Shown one piece after another: positions 37,424 to 49,830 of a stretch of 64,000 nt of DNA (position 1 is the first letter of the stretch; every line of letters starts with the position of its first letter). A model generated the notes under the pieces. That model had not been told where the DNA came from and did no database searches. It was given only the letters and a program-made list of their open reading frames with translations. Source of the stretch: Isurus oxyrinchus (taxonomy: Eukaryota). A program made the position numbers and the translations under genes. The DNA lies in the NCBI GenBank assembly GCA_026770705.1, contig JANJGN010000100.1, forward strand, positions 1 through 64,000, given 5' to 3'.

Positions 37424-38830
37424 GTAAGTAAATATTGAGGCCGTGCTTGTGTTAAGGGAAGATTTTAGATTGCAAAATATTACACAATTTTGCAACAGTC
37501 ATTGTGAAAAAACGTCACAAGCCCGACACGACGGCAATATTTCCTTTAGTGCTTGAGATACTCGGCAGTTGGTATTTTATTAGTTGAAAAAAGGTGAACT
37601 CGGTGATCGTTCGGCTGAGACGAGACTAAGCGTTAACGTTGCTCCAATAAAAATTATTGTCAGGAAAGCAGGAGCATTCTCAACTTTGCGGGATACGAAA
37701 CAGAGTCCGAAATTCTTTGGATTCCATGGGGTAAAAATCGCCTTAGGTGGTGGCGGAAACGGACTTTATCAGATAGGCCGCGCCTTTTACCCAGCGGCCA
37801 ATAGTCAGTTGCCTTGTAGCCAATGGAGCTAAATGTCAGGGGCTGCACTGAACCAGCAGCCTCACCGATACGGCCTGATTTGCGCCACTGCCAAGGCGGA
37901 TTCCTATCCTTACCGTGCATTGTGGTGAATAGTAGGCGATGTTTGATGGTGCTAATCTCTATTCATTATTATTGGACGATGTTTGTTATTTCTGGGAGCT
38001 AGTTGGTATTGCCGTGTGAAACTGGTTAAAACTGGACCATATTTTAACATTGAGTGACACTTGCTATTACAGGATATTTATTTCCGCAACGCCTGAGCAA
38101 TCTATCTTATTACCACCACTCATCAATTCTACATCTATTTATGCTCACATAGCCATATGCATTATTGCTCTGGGGCGTAGTGCCAGCGGCGTGAGGGGGC
38201 AGTTATTGTTTTGTGGCTGAACGGTGCATAACCAACAATCACAATTCCTTCAATGAATGTATTTTCCATCACTTCCATATTAATGCATTGGCTCGAATAA
38301 CTAAAAGCGTATACCGTAGGATAAACCGAAATTGATCAGAACAATAGAATCTTTAAATCTGAACAGGTACAGCTACCAAATATTAAATCACCCGATCTTT
38401 AATTTATTGGCAAACCGTATAATTCAATGCCTGAATTTCCAGACATGTTAAGCATGAAGCATAATTTAAAAAAAAAACATTAGTTGTCAGTAAGTTATAA
38501 GATTTGAAATTTCACTTTTTACTTCTGTTCTGAACTTGTATTTCGGCTCCATTTTTCTGGTATAAGCGCTTGAGAACATTGACCTTCTTGGCAAATATTA
38601 AATGAAACTGCAGACCTCTGCCATGATCATTGGAAAAGCTCATTCGTGTCAATCAGTATTTATTAAAAAAAACCTAGACGTTATTGCACCTTAAGTTGCA
38701 GGTTAAGACAGTGGGACAGGGTAAGAATGAAATAATTTAATTGTGATATTAATGGAATGGAACACTGAGTATGATGTTAATGTTTACACAGAGGGCCGTT
38801 ACACTCCCTCTTGGTATCATTTCTGTTGTG

Positions 38831-38900
38831 TCAGCCATGGTTTAGTTGTAGCACTTTGGCGTTTGAGTCAGAAAGTTGTGGGTTTAAATTTCCTACAGTA
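38831..38900 (+). mobile_element. tRNA-derived SINE head remnant
   Basis: A-box-like TGGTTTAGTTGTAGC and B-box-like GGTTTAAATTTCC with SINE-like spacing; degenerate. Confidence 0.4.
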
Positions 38901-41019
38901 CAACATTGAGAAAAAAATGTATTTAATTTGGAGCTGCCATGTATTATTTTATTTTAAACCATAAACCGTTAGTTTAGAGCGGAGCTCCGAGGCAAAGAAA
39001 CGTTCAAATAAGACTGTGCAATGTTCCACGTATGAACATCATCATCAATAGGATTAATTTCAGAAAATGACAATGATTCCGAAAAAAAAGGTTTCAAATT
39101 GCCACCGATTGTTTTTTGTTCCGACGGGGAAGAATTGCTCTCATTTCAGTGGAGGGTGGTGGGATATAGATGGGCTATAGTTGCCTTTTTCTTCGATCCA
39201 TGGCAATTCAAAGCCCAGTGAATGCCCAACTTGTCTTTGAATGCAAAGCAGGGAACATATTCTGGGGTGCATTTCCTATTTTAATTCAAAAAGTGACCCG
39301 TGCAAATACTTCCCCCACAGTTCAAAGCATTAATAATATTGCTGTAATTTTATTTTTCTTTCAATTGTTCCTGATGCTACTGATAAGTGCTAGAAAATAG
39401 TCATTGTCGGCCATCATTCAAACAGCTCCCGATACTCAGCTCCACTAACTGCATGGACAAGGATATCAGGCGCTGTGTAGAAAGGCCGGTAGAATCAATG
39501 CCGTCTGTATTGTTCCGCCGCCTGGGGCGAATTTATAGCCAAAATCATTGCAAGACATTTTGATACTGAAGTGTAGGTCAATCAGTTGGATCTTGCGCTG
39601 GAGAGCTCACTTCTGGTTAGTTTTTTTTTAAGTTAGCGCATGATAATTTTAATGTGGTTAGTGCAAAGGTTTCGATCTTTCCAACAATAAAGTGCTGTAT
39701 TTGTCGGTTTGAATGTCAGAGTTAAATTAGAAATTATCTAATTTTCCGCGATAGAGAAATACAATGTAATCAATTTCAGGGAAAATAAATACAGGCAATG
39801 CTTCTTTTAATGATTCACATTTTGGCCACTGGCTGTAGGTACGTTTACAAAAAAATAAAGGCGCTCCTCCTGAATAAAAGGTAGCAGCTGAGGATATTAC
39901 ACGAATCAATTTTTACAAAAATGCACAAGGCTTGATGTGCACTGATCTACAACACACCGAGCGGCTGCGCTTTCAGCTGGAGTGGAGCAGAATCAGAAGC
40001 ACATTGGGTGGAATACGTTTTGTAGAACAAATAAATGTGACAGCGGCGATGACTCTGCTTGTTTGTACTGCTGGCAGATATTTGGAATATCTGTTTGGGA
40101 GTTCCCCAATATATAACAGAAAATGGAAAATTCCCCTTTTATTTAGCAAATTGTTCACACCAAGTAATTCGAGGAATTTTCCATCAAACTACTGTGAAAA
40201 CTAAAAGATATTGGCGAAAATGTTACGCGGTGATAGTAAATAATGGTGTCATAGCATTTTAAAATAATTTAATTTTGAACATAGTGGGCTACAGAGCGAA
40301 GGTGGCCTATTATTATTCGCCCTCAATGAACCAAAATTTACCTACGCAGTGTGGGACTGAATCACGTCGACAAGGCGGGTAGGAATGGCGTTGGTCCATT
40401 TCCTGTGAGCCACTTGGTTATTACAACAATCGGGAAGCTTGTTTGCCTCCAGCGTAATTGAATTCAATTCCTGAAATTGTAATGGTGTGATCATTAGCAC
40501 ATAACTAAGCCCACCAGAGAAGCAGGACGGGAGTTCTGTGGACAGACTGTAAATCCTGGGGTTGTTTCCTTAGAGCAGCGACATTTATGGGGTAACTTAA
40601 TGCAGGTATTCAAACCATTAAGGACTTCAATAGCGATAAGAAAGTCGGTATTCACGGAATACAGATATAAAGCGAATGGAAGAAGAACCAGAGCGGCCAT
40701 GCGGGATTTATTTTTCTTTTTATGCAACGGTTTGTTGTGATCTAGAGGGCTCGGATGGGAGGACGGTGAAAACAGATTCAGTAATAACTTTCAAACGGGA
40801 ATGGGATGTATATTTGAGTAGACACTATTACGGGGCTAAGGGAAAAGGGTACATGACTGAGACAAGATGAATAATTATTTGAAAAGCCGGCAGAGGCACT
40901 GATGGACGCCTCATTCTGTGCGGTATTTTCCGAAGGTCTATGATAACCATACCGTTAAGCTACAATAATAATGCCTCTTACAGTGACAGTCCATGTCATC
41001 TATGTACCATCTGTTGCGG

Positions 41020-41340
41020 ATCGTCAACTACAGGTGCCATCACTGGAATTGTTTCCGCCTTCGCGCCAGGAAGTAACTTCAGCTGAAACAGTGACGCTGA
41101 GCTGTCTGATTCGGGGCTTCTACCCAGCTTTCGTGGAAAGCGCGGGGCATTGAGACGCAGAGCGGAGTGTCCACAAATCTACCTAATCTTGAGGCTGACA
41201 ACAGCTACAGCATCAGCAGCTACCTGAGGGTCCCTGTCAGCTCTTGGAACTCGAAGGATCACTACTCGTGTCTGTTCCGATACAAGACTCAGGACACTCT
41301 CGTTCAGAAATCCATCAGCTTGGACACCTGCAATCGCTAA
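41020..41340 (+). pseudogene. Lambda-like Ig C1 constant exon, damaged (acceptor GG, frameshift at about 41130)
   Basis: DRQLQVPSLELFPPSRQEVTSAETVTLSCLIRGFYPAF / SWKARGIETQSGVSTNLPNLEADNSYSISSYLRVPVSSWNSKDHYSCLFRYKTQDTLVQKSISLDTCNR*. Near-terminal Cys as in light chains. Confidence 0.9.
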
Positions 41341-41417
41341 AGACCGGCTATTAGCTCAAGCCAATAACTCCTGAGTTTAATTTCAAAGCGAAACGTGGCG
41401 GTAATCTCGGCAGATTT

Positions 41418-41423
41418 AATAAA
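41418..41423 (+). terminator. Polyadenylation signal AATAAA of the Ig-like gene (second candidate 41698-41703)
   Basis: 78 nt after the C-exon stop. Confidence 0.55.
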
Positions 41424-41854
41424 TGTATCTGACCGGCACGAAGTTTTAATTTCCTGGCTAAATATTTGTGACATTGTAAACAGCAGGAATTATTCATTTT
41501 AGAATTGCTTTTTAATTTTCTCGAACAATAACCAAAGTGAGAATAACCTGTTGTATATTTAAGATGCCGATGATTGTTTCTTCCTCTGCATGTGAATTGT
41601 AACTGAGTTTTTCAAACGAATGGGGTTCGATTGTTTAAATTATGTGTAATTAGAAAGCGATTAAACTGCCAGCATCAATATTTCTCAGCTTTAGCAGAAT
41701 AAAACTTATGCTTTCTCGTCCCTTGAAGTAACCTGAATTCTTTGCATTCCTATATTGAAACTGAATCTCTGCCCTAAGGTGCCCAATGATTCTGGGGAGC
41801 CTTCATCGACATTTTCCTTTCTTTGTTCTGGACATTATATTATACAAACAAAAC

Positions 41855-42238
41855 GTGTACAAGATTATGAGGGGCATCGACAAGGTGGATAGGGAGTAGC
41901 TGTTCCCCTTAGTTGAAAGGTGAGTCACGAGGGTACATGAGTTCAAGGTGAAGGGCAGGAGGTTTAGGGGGGAGGGGTGGGGGTTGTGTGGAAAAACCTT
42001 TTTACCTGGAGTGTGGTGACGATCTGGAATGCACTACCTGGGAGGGTGGTGGAGGCGAGTTGCCTGACAGCCTTTAAAAAGTACATGGATGAGCACTTGG
42101 CACGTCATAACATTCAAGGCTGTGGGCTAAGTGCTGGAAAATGGGATTAAGTAGGTAGGTCAGGTGTTTCTCATGTCGGTGCAGACTCTATGCGCTGAAG
42201 GACCTGTTCTGCATTGTGTTATTCTGTGATTCTGTGAA
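41855..42238 (+). mobile_element. CR1 3'-end fragment with (ATTCTGTG)n tail
   Basis: RVHEFKVKGRRFRG / FYLECGDDLECT-type CR1 3' region and tandem tail. Confidence 0.75.
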
Positions 42239-42909
42239 AATAATGAGCGAGTTTTGGATAATAAGGGAAATTTCAATCATCGCTACATCACTCGGTCGAA
42301 GTGTCGAATCTCTTGAGGCCACCACTGCACAGAAGCAACAGAGCAGCCTTTCCCCTTCCACGAACTCCCCCCCGCCCAACTGCAGCACCACGTTCCCCAC
42401 CAGCCCCCGCCCCCCAACGCCGCTCTCCTCCTCTCCTTCCCCCCTCGTCTTTCTGAGGACCTGTGCCTCTTCGATTAGAATGTACTTCTTATTCCCTCTT
42501 CAATGCAGACAAGTGGGAAGACTTTGCGCTTCACTGTCTCAGAGTTAGAGATACACAATCTTGAAGCAAGTCATTCTACCCCCGTGAATTTACCAAAACT
42601 AAGGGGAAACTCTGCATTTCCAATGCTGAATTGGAAATCCATCTTGTAATTATGTCATGGAATAAAATTGATATAACTTAGAAGGAAACAATGTGGTCAC
42701 ACAGGCCCCGTGAGAGCAAATCAGCTGGTCCCAATAAAATAATAGAATTATTCTCATTAAAATGTTTGTACCTATCAATCAAAATGCACAATATTAGAAA
42801 GTCAAATTGCCTATTTATCACAAGATGTATTTGGCCTTGACGAGCCTGGCATCAATGGGACAAGTGTGAAAGAACAATGTGTTTCTGCTCAAAAACTAGT
42901 ATTTTTCAT

Positions 42910-43530
42910 CGAATCGCAGAAAATGTATAGCACAGAAATCGTGTTTGCTCCGGCCAAAAAATGAGCCATCCATCCTAATCCCACTTCCCTGCATTTGGCC
43001 CGTAGCCTTGCAGGTTACAGTGCTTGATGTGCTTATCCAGACACCATTCAAATGAACTGGGGGCCCTTGCATCTACTACCCTTTCAGACAGTGATTTCCA
43101 TATCACCACTAACCTCTGGTTTTAGAAATTCATTATACTCCCCTCTAATCCTTCTGCCAATCGCTTCAAAGGTACGTCCCCTCGTCACTTACCTCTCTGC
43201 TAAGGTAAATATGCTCTTCCCATGCACTCTATCAAGATCCCGCACAATTCAAACCTCCCCTCAGCCTCCCTTGTTCCATTGAGAAAAATCTTAGCCTATC
43301 AAACATTTCCTCTTAGTTGCATGTTTTAGAGTCTTCGCAACATCCTCATAAATCTCCTCTGGCCCCTCTCTAGTGCAATTATACCCTTTCTGTAATGAGG
43401 TGACCAGAGCTGCACACAGTTCTCAACTTGTGGCCTAAAGAATGCTTTATACAGTTCGAGTATTTACCCTTCTATCTTACATTCTATACTTCGTCTAACA
43501 AAGAGAAAGATTCCAAATATCTTCTTGAGC
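42910..43530 (-). mobile_element. CR1 3'-end fragment
   Basis: Reverse-complement similarity to 48400-49085. Confidence 0.65.
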
Positions 43531-45319
43531 CGAGTTGCGCTCAGCTGACCGAGAATCGAAACTGCCTCTCAGTGGCTCCACAACCACAAGAGCACCATGG
43601 AACCTAAGGCAATTTCTCGAATGAAACCTTTGAATGTCCTACTTTCCAAAACCAATTAACCCAAATGTCTTTTGTTAAATTAATTCATGCACTCTGACTA
43701 ATAACAAATTCAATTGATCCTCTGTTAACACATCTCCACAACCATTTCATCAACCCCCAGACCTATAATTATTTGATCTTAATATTGCATTAAATTATCC
43801 TGAACAGTGGCACGAAGCTTCCCTCCCGTAGCAGATCAGGGAAACCAAACCACATTTGTTTTCTTTCTTAAAAACCTTATAGCTATTGAATGTCCATTTT
43901 TTTCACCTTTATCAGTTCCAGACCTCTAATGAAAAACAAATCCTGTTAAGTCTTTTCAGAACTGTCATCTCTCACCCCTCATTATGCCCTAGAAATTTGC
44001 GACTGCTTGGGTACATTGTCATTCAAGTCTTTCAAATAATTGCGTTGTACCAAAACATGCACAATCTTTACATCCCCTATGACTTCCTATAATGTTATTA
44101 TTCCGTCCTCACATCAAATCAATTGAAACCAGTAGAACTCTTCTGTTCCATTTTGAAACAAATTTAAATTTCGGAGGGGTGGAGCAGGCACGGATGAAAA
44201 AACTCATCTGGTCCAGTCGCATAGAACTCCTCCAGCTGCGACCTCGACCACTTCCTGATAGATGGAACTCCAGGACATCCTCTATTCTCCAATCTCTGAT
44301 CTCCTGATAGATGGAACTCCAGTACATGCTCTCTTGCACAAGCCCTGACATAATCTCTGATACAATCCCTGATTTTCCTGATAGATAGAGTTGCTGGATA
44401 TTCCCCTTTGTACACTGCATCCTGAAAGAGCACTGTCATATATTTTCTATTCTTTAATTTTATATATTTATCCATGAATGCCTCCGGCTTATCTTTTCCC
44501 TGATTTCGGTGTGATTTTCTTTAGTTTTCGATGATTGGAATATCTACCTTTCAATTTATAATGTTGTCACAGAGGTTCCAAGTATTTCCACGTTGTTAAT
44601 GCGTGGGTTCCTGATCCAGCAATTTACCACACTTTCCCGTGATTTTCCATTACTTAATTCCCGGTCCTGTAAATAATCATTCATTTCAGATCATATAATG
44701 CAACAGCAGAGGGTGTGATTTTATTGTGGAAAAAAACACAATCATTTATTGTCATTTATTTGCTCCCACCATTGCTGGAGTTAAGAGTGATTGAGTTTTT
44801 TTTGGCAATATTGCTAATGATTTCATTCATATCTAATAATTTCATTGAGTAAGGTGACTTTATGGTTACACCATGTAAAGATTACTCAGAAAAGAGCACT
44901 TCTTGCCTTAAAGGCGTTCATGAGAAGATCTGGTTGACTTCGTCATTTTTCTAAAGAACTCCTAAGGGAACAACTGCCCTGTTCAGTGAAAATGTTAAAT
45001 GATGTAATTGAAAAATTGTCTTAATCAGTGTTACCATTCTCACCAAGAAAACTTTTGAAAAACCTAAAACAGACTATTATAGCATTTTCTATCAAATGAC
45101 AATCATTTTAATTTTTATTCGTTCAATTTCTGTGACAAGTGTCACCAACTCACCCTATTCAGAACCTTTAAGTTGCTCAAGGCGCTTCATGTCAAAGGTT
45201 TCAGCTCAAACTTTACAATAAGGCAATGAGTGGGCTACAAAATAAACGCTCACCACCCTGTCACAAAGCACAATGAATCTGGTTTGGTGTCTTGAGTCAC
45301 TGGGATTTGGGGAAATGGT

Positions 45320-45650
45320 GGTGGAGTAGAAATGTAAAAAACTGAACCAGTAATACCGAACGCCATACTGATGCTTAGGGAGCACGGGGTCAAAGCCCAC
45401 CACAGGTGGCTGGTGGAATTTCAATTCAATTATTTAATAAACAGAAAAAATAATTGAAACTCATCTCTGTACTTATGTCAGTATCGCCGTAAAAAGAAAA
45501 CTTCTGGTTATGTAATGTTATGTAAGGGAGGGAATTAACTGTCCATACCTGTTCTGACCTAAATGCAGCTTCAAATCCACAGCAATGTGGTTGAATTTGA
45601 AATTCCCTCTGAAGTGACCCAGGAAACCATGAAGTCGGATCAAGCTGTTA
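45320..45650 (+). mobile_element. tRNA-derived SINE (second copy about 46490-46820, -)
   Basis: A/B-box-like head and shared body. The minus copy's 3' tail matches the tail of the second LINE family (compare 14195-14260). Confidence 0.55.
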
Positions 45651-45854
45651 CAAGAAAGTGAAAAGGGAACACAACCGGTTGGAACACGTGGTATCCAATT
45701 ATGTAGCGGAGATGATGAAAATGTCATGTAGCAAGACAACGAGGATGGCAGTTATGTATTTTAAACCTACATCAGCTTCTAACAGTGGCATAATAGTCAG
45801 GTAGCAGATTTTGCTAAAAGCACAACAAGGATCAGTACTCTCTAAAAGCAAAAC

Positions 45855-46280
45855 ATAAGAACAAGTTACAGTTTGGCCCTGTGGGAGGAGGTGGGTTGAG
45901 CATGGCAGAGTTTATAATCTGAACTTGTTGAATTCAGTGTTGAATCCAGAAGGCTGCAAAGTACTGAGTCGGAAGATGAAGTGTTGTTCCTCCAGTTCCC
46001 CAATCCAACCGAAAGGAACAGCACTTTAACACTATCATTACCACCTCCGTTGTTTTGTGTCCATGACACCTTTGACAAATCTCAGCTGATCTCCCAGTTA
46101 TTCCTGACCTTCTCTTTTGTTCCAAGTGCTTCACCCCCTCTCTTCAACAACGTAAAACTAACCATATTTCTACCTCTGTTCAGCTCTGATTAGTTGGATG
46201 GGCGTGAACAGTTAACTCTATTTCTGTCTCTACAGATACTGCCAGGCTGGCTGAGTGTTTGCAGCATTTTTTGTTTTCTT
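45855..46280. mobile_element. Older PLE hairpin relic
   Basis: 45860-45995 (-) encodes the EEQHFIFRL..GFNTEFN-type terminus; 46000-46280 (+) is a decayed pLTR. Confidence 0.6.
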
Positions 46281-46819
46281 ATATATTTTAGATAATCTCT
46301 ATCAACTGTTATTTTTCATAAATGGCAGAACTTTCAGGGATCAGCAAGTCTCCCACCATTTATCATTGGGGAGCTGGACATTTATCACATGTTTCCATGC
46401 ACAGATATCTGCCCCATCGCAGGGAGAGGAGAGGCGTTCTAGAAGGGGCAAAGCTGCCCCCCCCCCCCAGTTTTATTTGTACACCTTCATGGGGTGTGGA
46501 AGTCAGTGGCTATGCAAGCATTTATTGCTGAACCTAATTACCCTTGTTCAGCGGGAATTTAAGAGTCAAACGCATTGCTATGGGTCTGGGGTCACATGTA
46601 GGCCAGACCAGGCAAGGACAGCAGATCTCCTCCCCTAAAGGAAATTAGTGAATCACATGGGTTTTTACAGCAATCAGCAATGGCTTCATGGTCACCTTGA
46701 GGCATATAATGCCAGATTTTCTTTATTGAATACAAATTTCACCATCGGCCCCGCAGGATTTTAAGCAGGGTCTCCAGAGCATTACACGGGGGCAACTGCA
46801 GGACCACTATGCTACCACC

Positions 46820-48035
46820 TCCCGTTCATCGAGGCCACCCTTAATGCCCTTCTCTGTGCAGATATGATAGATGTGGTCAGTTTATGTCGAGCGCTGGGAA
46901 AAGGACGAAGCCCAGGCAGAATCATACCACATTGGAGATGACCGATGGGGTCAACAGTGTTTACCTGGTGAGGAGGACTTGGCCCAGTGCCATAAAAGGA
47001 TCAACAACTTCGTGAGATCTGATGCGGGTAGTTAAATCTCAGCCTTACACACTTGGGGAGGCAGAGGTTTGCCTATGCCTTCGCTAAGTATTTTGGGTTG
47101 TTTCTGACCGTCGTGGTCCAGCCCTGGTCTATTTCCTTCACGGAACTACAGCAACCTGAACCTCTCCGTGTTCTGTTCTCCATCTCGCCTCCTCCTCCTA
47201 TTCCTACTCTCCTCCTCCTCACTGGAGGTTGACTCACCAACTGAGGCAACAATCCCCATCTGTCTTTGACACTTTTCACCCCAAACCCCTTGTTAGTGGA
47301 TTGGAAAATATTACATCAAAAGGGCCCTCCGCATTAGAGGAGAGTTCTCCTCATGACAAATATCCCAAAGGTTTCCCTCTTCACTCAAATGAGCACTTCC
47401 TGAAGTCAATAGAATTTTAACTGTAAAGCTGAGGCGCTGCAGCTTTAAAACCCGCCCAAACAAGCATCACCTTAAAAAGAAAAGTTTTCTCAACTGTGCA
47501 AAGCCTGGCCCTGAAAGCATAAAATTGCCTCCTGACCGCATTATAGCAGTGAGATGGGTAGTTAACGGCTGAATTGTCTTTTACATTCATATTTCAGTGA
47601 TGCGGGTGGGGTCCCGAATTTTGACCCGCCGGGTGCAGTGCTCCCGGAAACCGGCTCGGTGACGTCATAAACGGTGTCAGATGTCATCACGCCCCATCAT
47701 ATGATCAATCAAGCAATAAACGCCTCCAATCTGGGAGCGTAAAATACAGCCCCCTCAGCAGCGGTGCAGTGGAGCTTATGCCGCCCCAAGGGTTTACAGG
47801 CACAGATGTATCTACCTGCAACTGATCTCATGACGCCATTGAGCTTTTTGTTGTACTGGGGCAAGTTCTCATTGCCACGTTAGCACCGTTGACCTCGTGG
47901 ACAACGAGTCTGCCTGGGCTTCCCGTCTTCCCACCGCTGGGCATGAGCCGATCACCTCGATCACATGCTACATGCAGGTGGGGACCGAGACCGGCCTCAT
48001 CGAACCTGGGGGAAGCTTTCCCCTTGATAAAACAC
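46820..48035. mobile_element. PIF/Harbinger-like relic with two facing Myb/SANT-like exon remnants
   Basis: + 46820-47030: EATLNALL..DGVNSVYLVRRTW/QCHKRINNFVRS. - 47815-48030: SPRFDEAGL..EVNGANVAMRT/QYNKKLNGVMRS. Confidence 0.5.
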
Positions 48036-48194
48036 CATTTCCCTCGCTCCGATGGCGCAGACAACTATGTATGGAAATATGCAATAAATGTTGACAGATC
48101 ATTGACAGAATGTGAGAGACTTATTGATGTTTTAAAATTCTGCCACCTATGTAGATTTAGACATTGGCGGAGATTAGCCAAAATTTAATATGAG

Positions 48195-49830
48195 AACTGA
48201 AAAAGCTGGAAAATCTCTGTACGTCTGGTAGCAACAGTGAAGAGAGAAACAGTATTAACATTTGGGGTCCGTATGACTCTTCATCAGAGGTGAAGAGAGG
48301 TAGAAATGTGCTTGTTTCCACTGCGGAAGAGAGGGGCGGGGCAGGTGGAGCAAAATAGAAGGTCAGGGATAGCTGGGAGCTCAGACGAGAAATGACAAAA
48401 TGCCATGCACACAACACATACAGGTGCAGCAAACAGATAGGAAGGCTAATGGAATGTCGGCCTTTACCTTAAGAGAATTTGAGTGCAGAAGTATTGAAGT
48501 CTTGCTTCAATTGTATAGAAGCTTGGTTAGACCGCAACTAGAGTGCTGTGGGCAGTTTTGGTCCGCTTACCTTAGGATGGGTATTATTGCCATAGAGGGA
48601 GTGCAACGAAGATTCGCCAGGCTTCCTCCTGGGTTTGGGGAACTGTCTGATGAAGAGAGGTTGAGGAAACTGGGCTTGTATTCTCTAGAGTTTCGAAGAA
48701 AGAGAGGTAATTTCATTGAAACCTACAAAATTCTTAAATGTATAGACAGGGTTGATGCAGATAAGATTTTTCTCTGGTTGTTGAGTGTAGAAACAGCGGT
48801 CACACATTCGAAATTAGGGGGATGCCACTTAGGATCGAGATGAGGGAAAATTTCTTTGTTCAGAGGGTTGTAAATCTTTGGATTTCTCTACCCCAGCGGG
48901 TCGTGAAACCTTAGCAATTCCATATGCTTAAGGTAGAGATTGACAGATTTCTCATTAATAATAACATAAAGTGTTGTGGAGATAGTGTGGGTAAAAGCCA
49001 TTGAACTGTTCGTTCAACCATGATCGTATTGAATGGCGAAGCAGGCTCGACGGGCTGAATGGTCTTTTCCTGTTACTATGTTCCTAAGACAGAGTGGTAA
49101 TGATAGTGATAAAGTCTAAGGTAGGTGTTAATGCTGATGTAAAGGTCAGATGGTAGAATGTGTTACTGACAGGTCAGCGTCTGTGAAAGCAAAGCAAAAG
49201 AACAAGTTACAGACTTGCCCTGTGGGAGGATATGGTTGGGGAAAGAAATCAACATGCAGGTCTGAAGCCATGAACTTAGTGTTAAGTCCAGAAGCCTGTA
49301 AAGCACCTAGTTGTAAGCCTTATCTTCTGATTAGGCACTTTAAAGGCTCCTGGATTTAACATTGAGTTCAACAACTTCAGACCATGCACTCTGCCCTCTA
49401 TTTTGATACTTTTACCACACCCACCCCCTGCCCTTTTACGAGGGCCGTCTCTAACATGTTCCTATGTTTTGCTTTCAAATAGCACGGAACCTTGTTCTGC
49501 TGTTATCACATTCTGCTATCTGACATTTATACCACTATTGGCACCGGCCTTAGTCTTTAGCACTACCATTGGCTTCTGTACATGGCATCTTTGTCAAATC
49601 TCTCTTGTGATCCCCACTATCTCTGGATTCTACTTTGCTCCACCCCCTCGCTTCACCAGTGTAAAACCCATCGTTTTTCTACCACTATTTAGTTCTGAAG
49701 AAGAGTCACAGGATCTCAAAACATTCTCTGATTCGACCTCCGCAAATGCTGCCAGACCTGCTGAGCTTTTTCAAGTATTTTCTGATTTTGTTTTTAAATT
49801 TCAGATTTCCAACGTCCACAGTATTTCACT
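48195..49830. mobile_element. Older PLE hairpin (48195-48400 and 49085-49320 minus; 49320-49830 plus) interrupted by a CR1
   Basis: Both arms resemble the PLE 3' end; decayed CTGATGA/CTGAAGA hammerhead cores near 48280 (-) and 49695 (+). Confidence 0.65.
48400..49085 (+). mobile_element. CR1 ORF2 C-terminus and 3' UTR
   Basis: LQLYRSLVRPQLECCGQFWSAYL..IEGVQRRFAR..LGLYSLEFRRKRGNFIETYKIL. Confidence 0.88.

Noticed and set aside
38831-38900. Possible tRNA gene
   Set aside because: No complete cloverleaf; better explained as a decayed SINE head.
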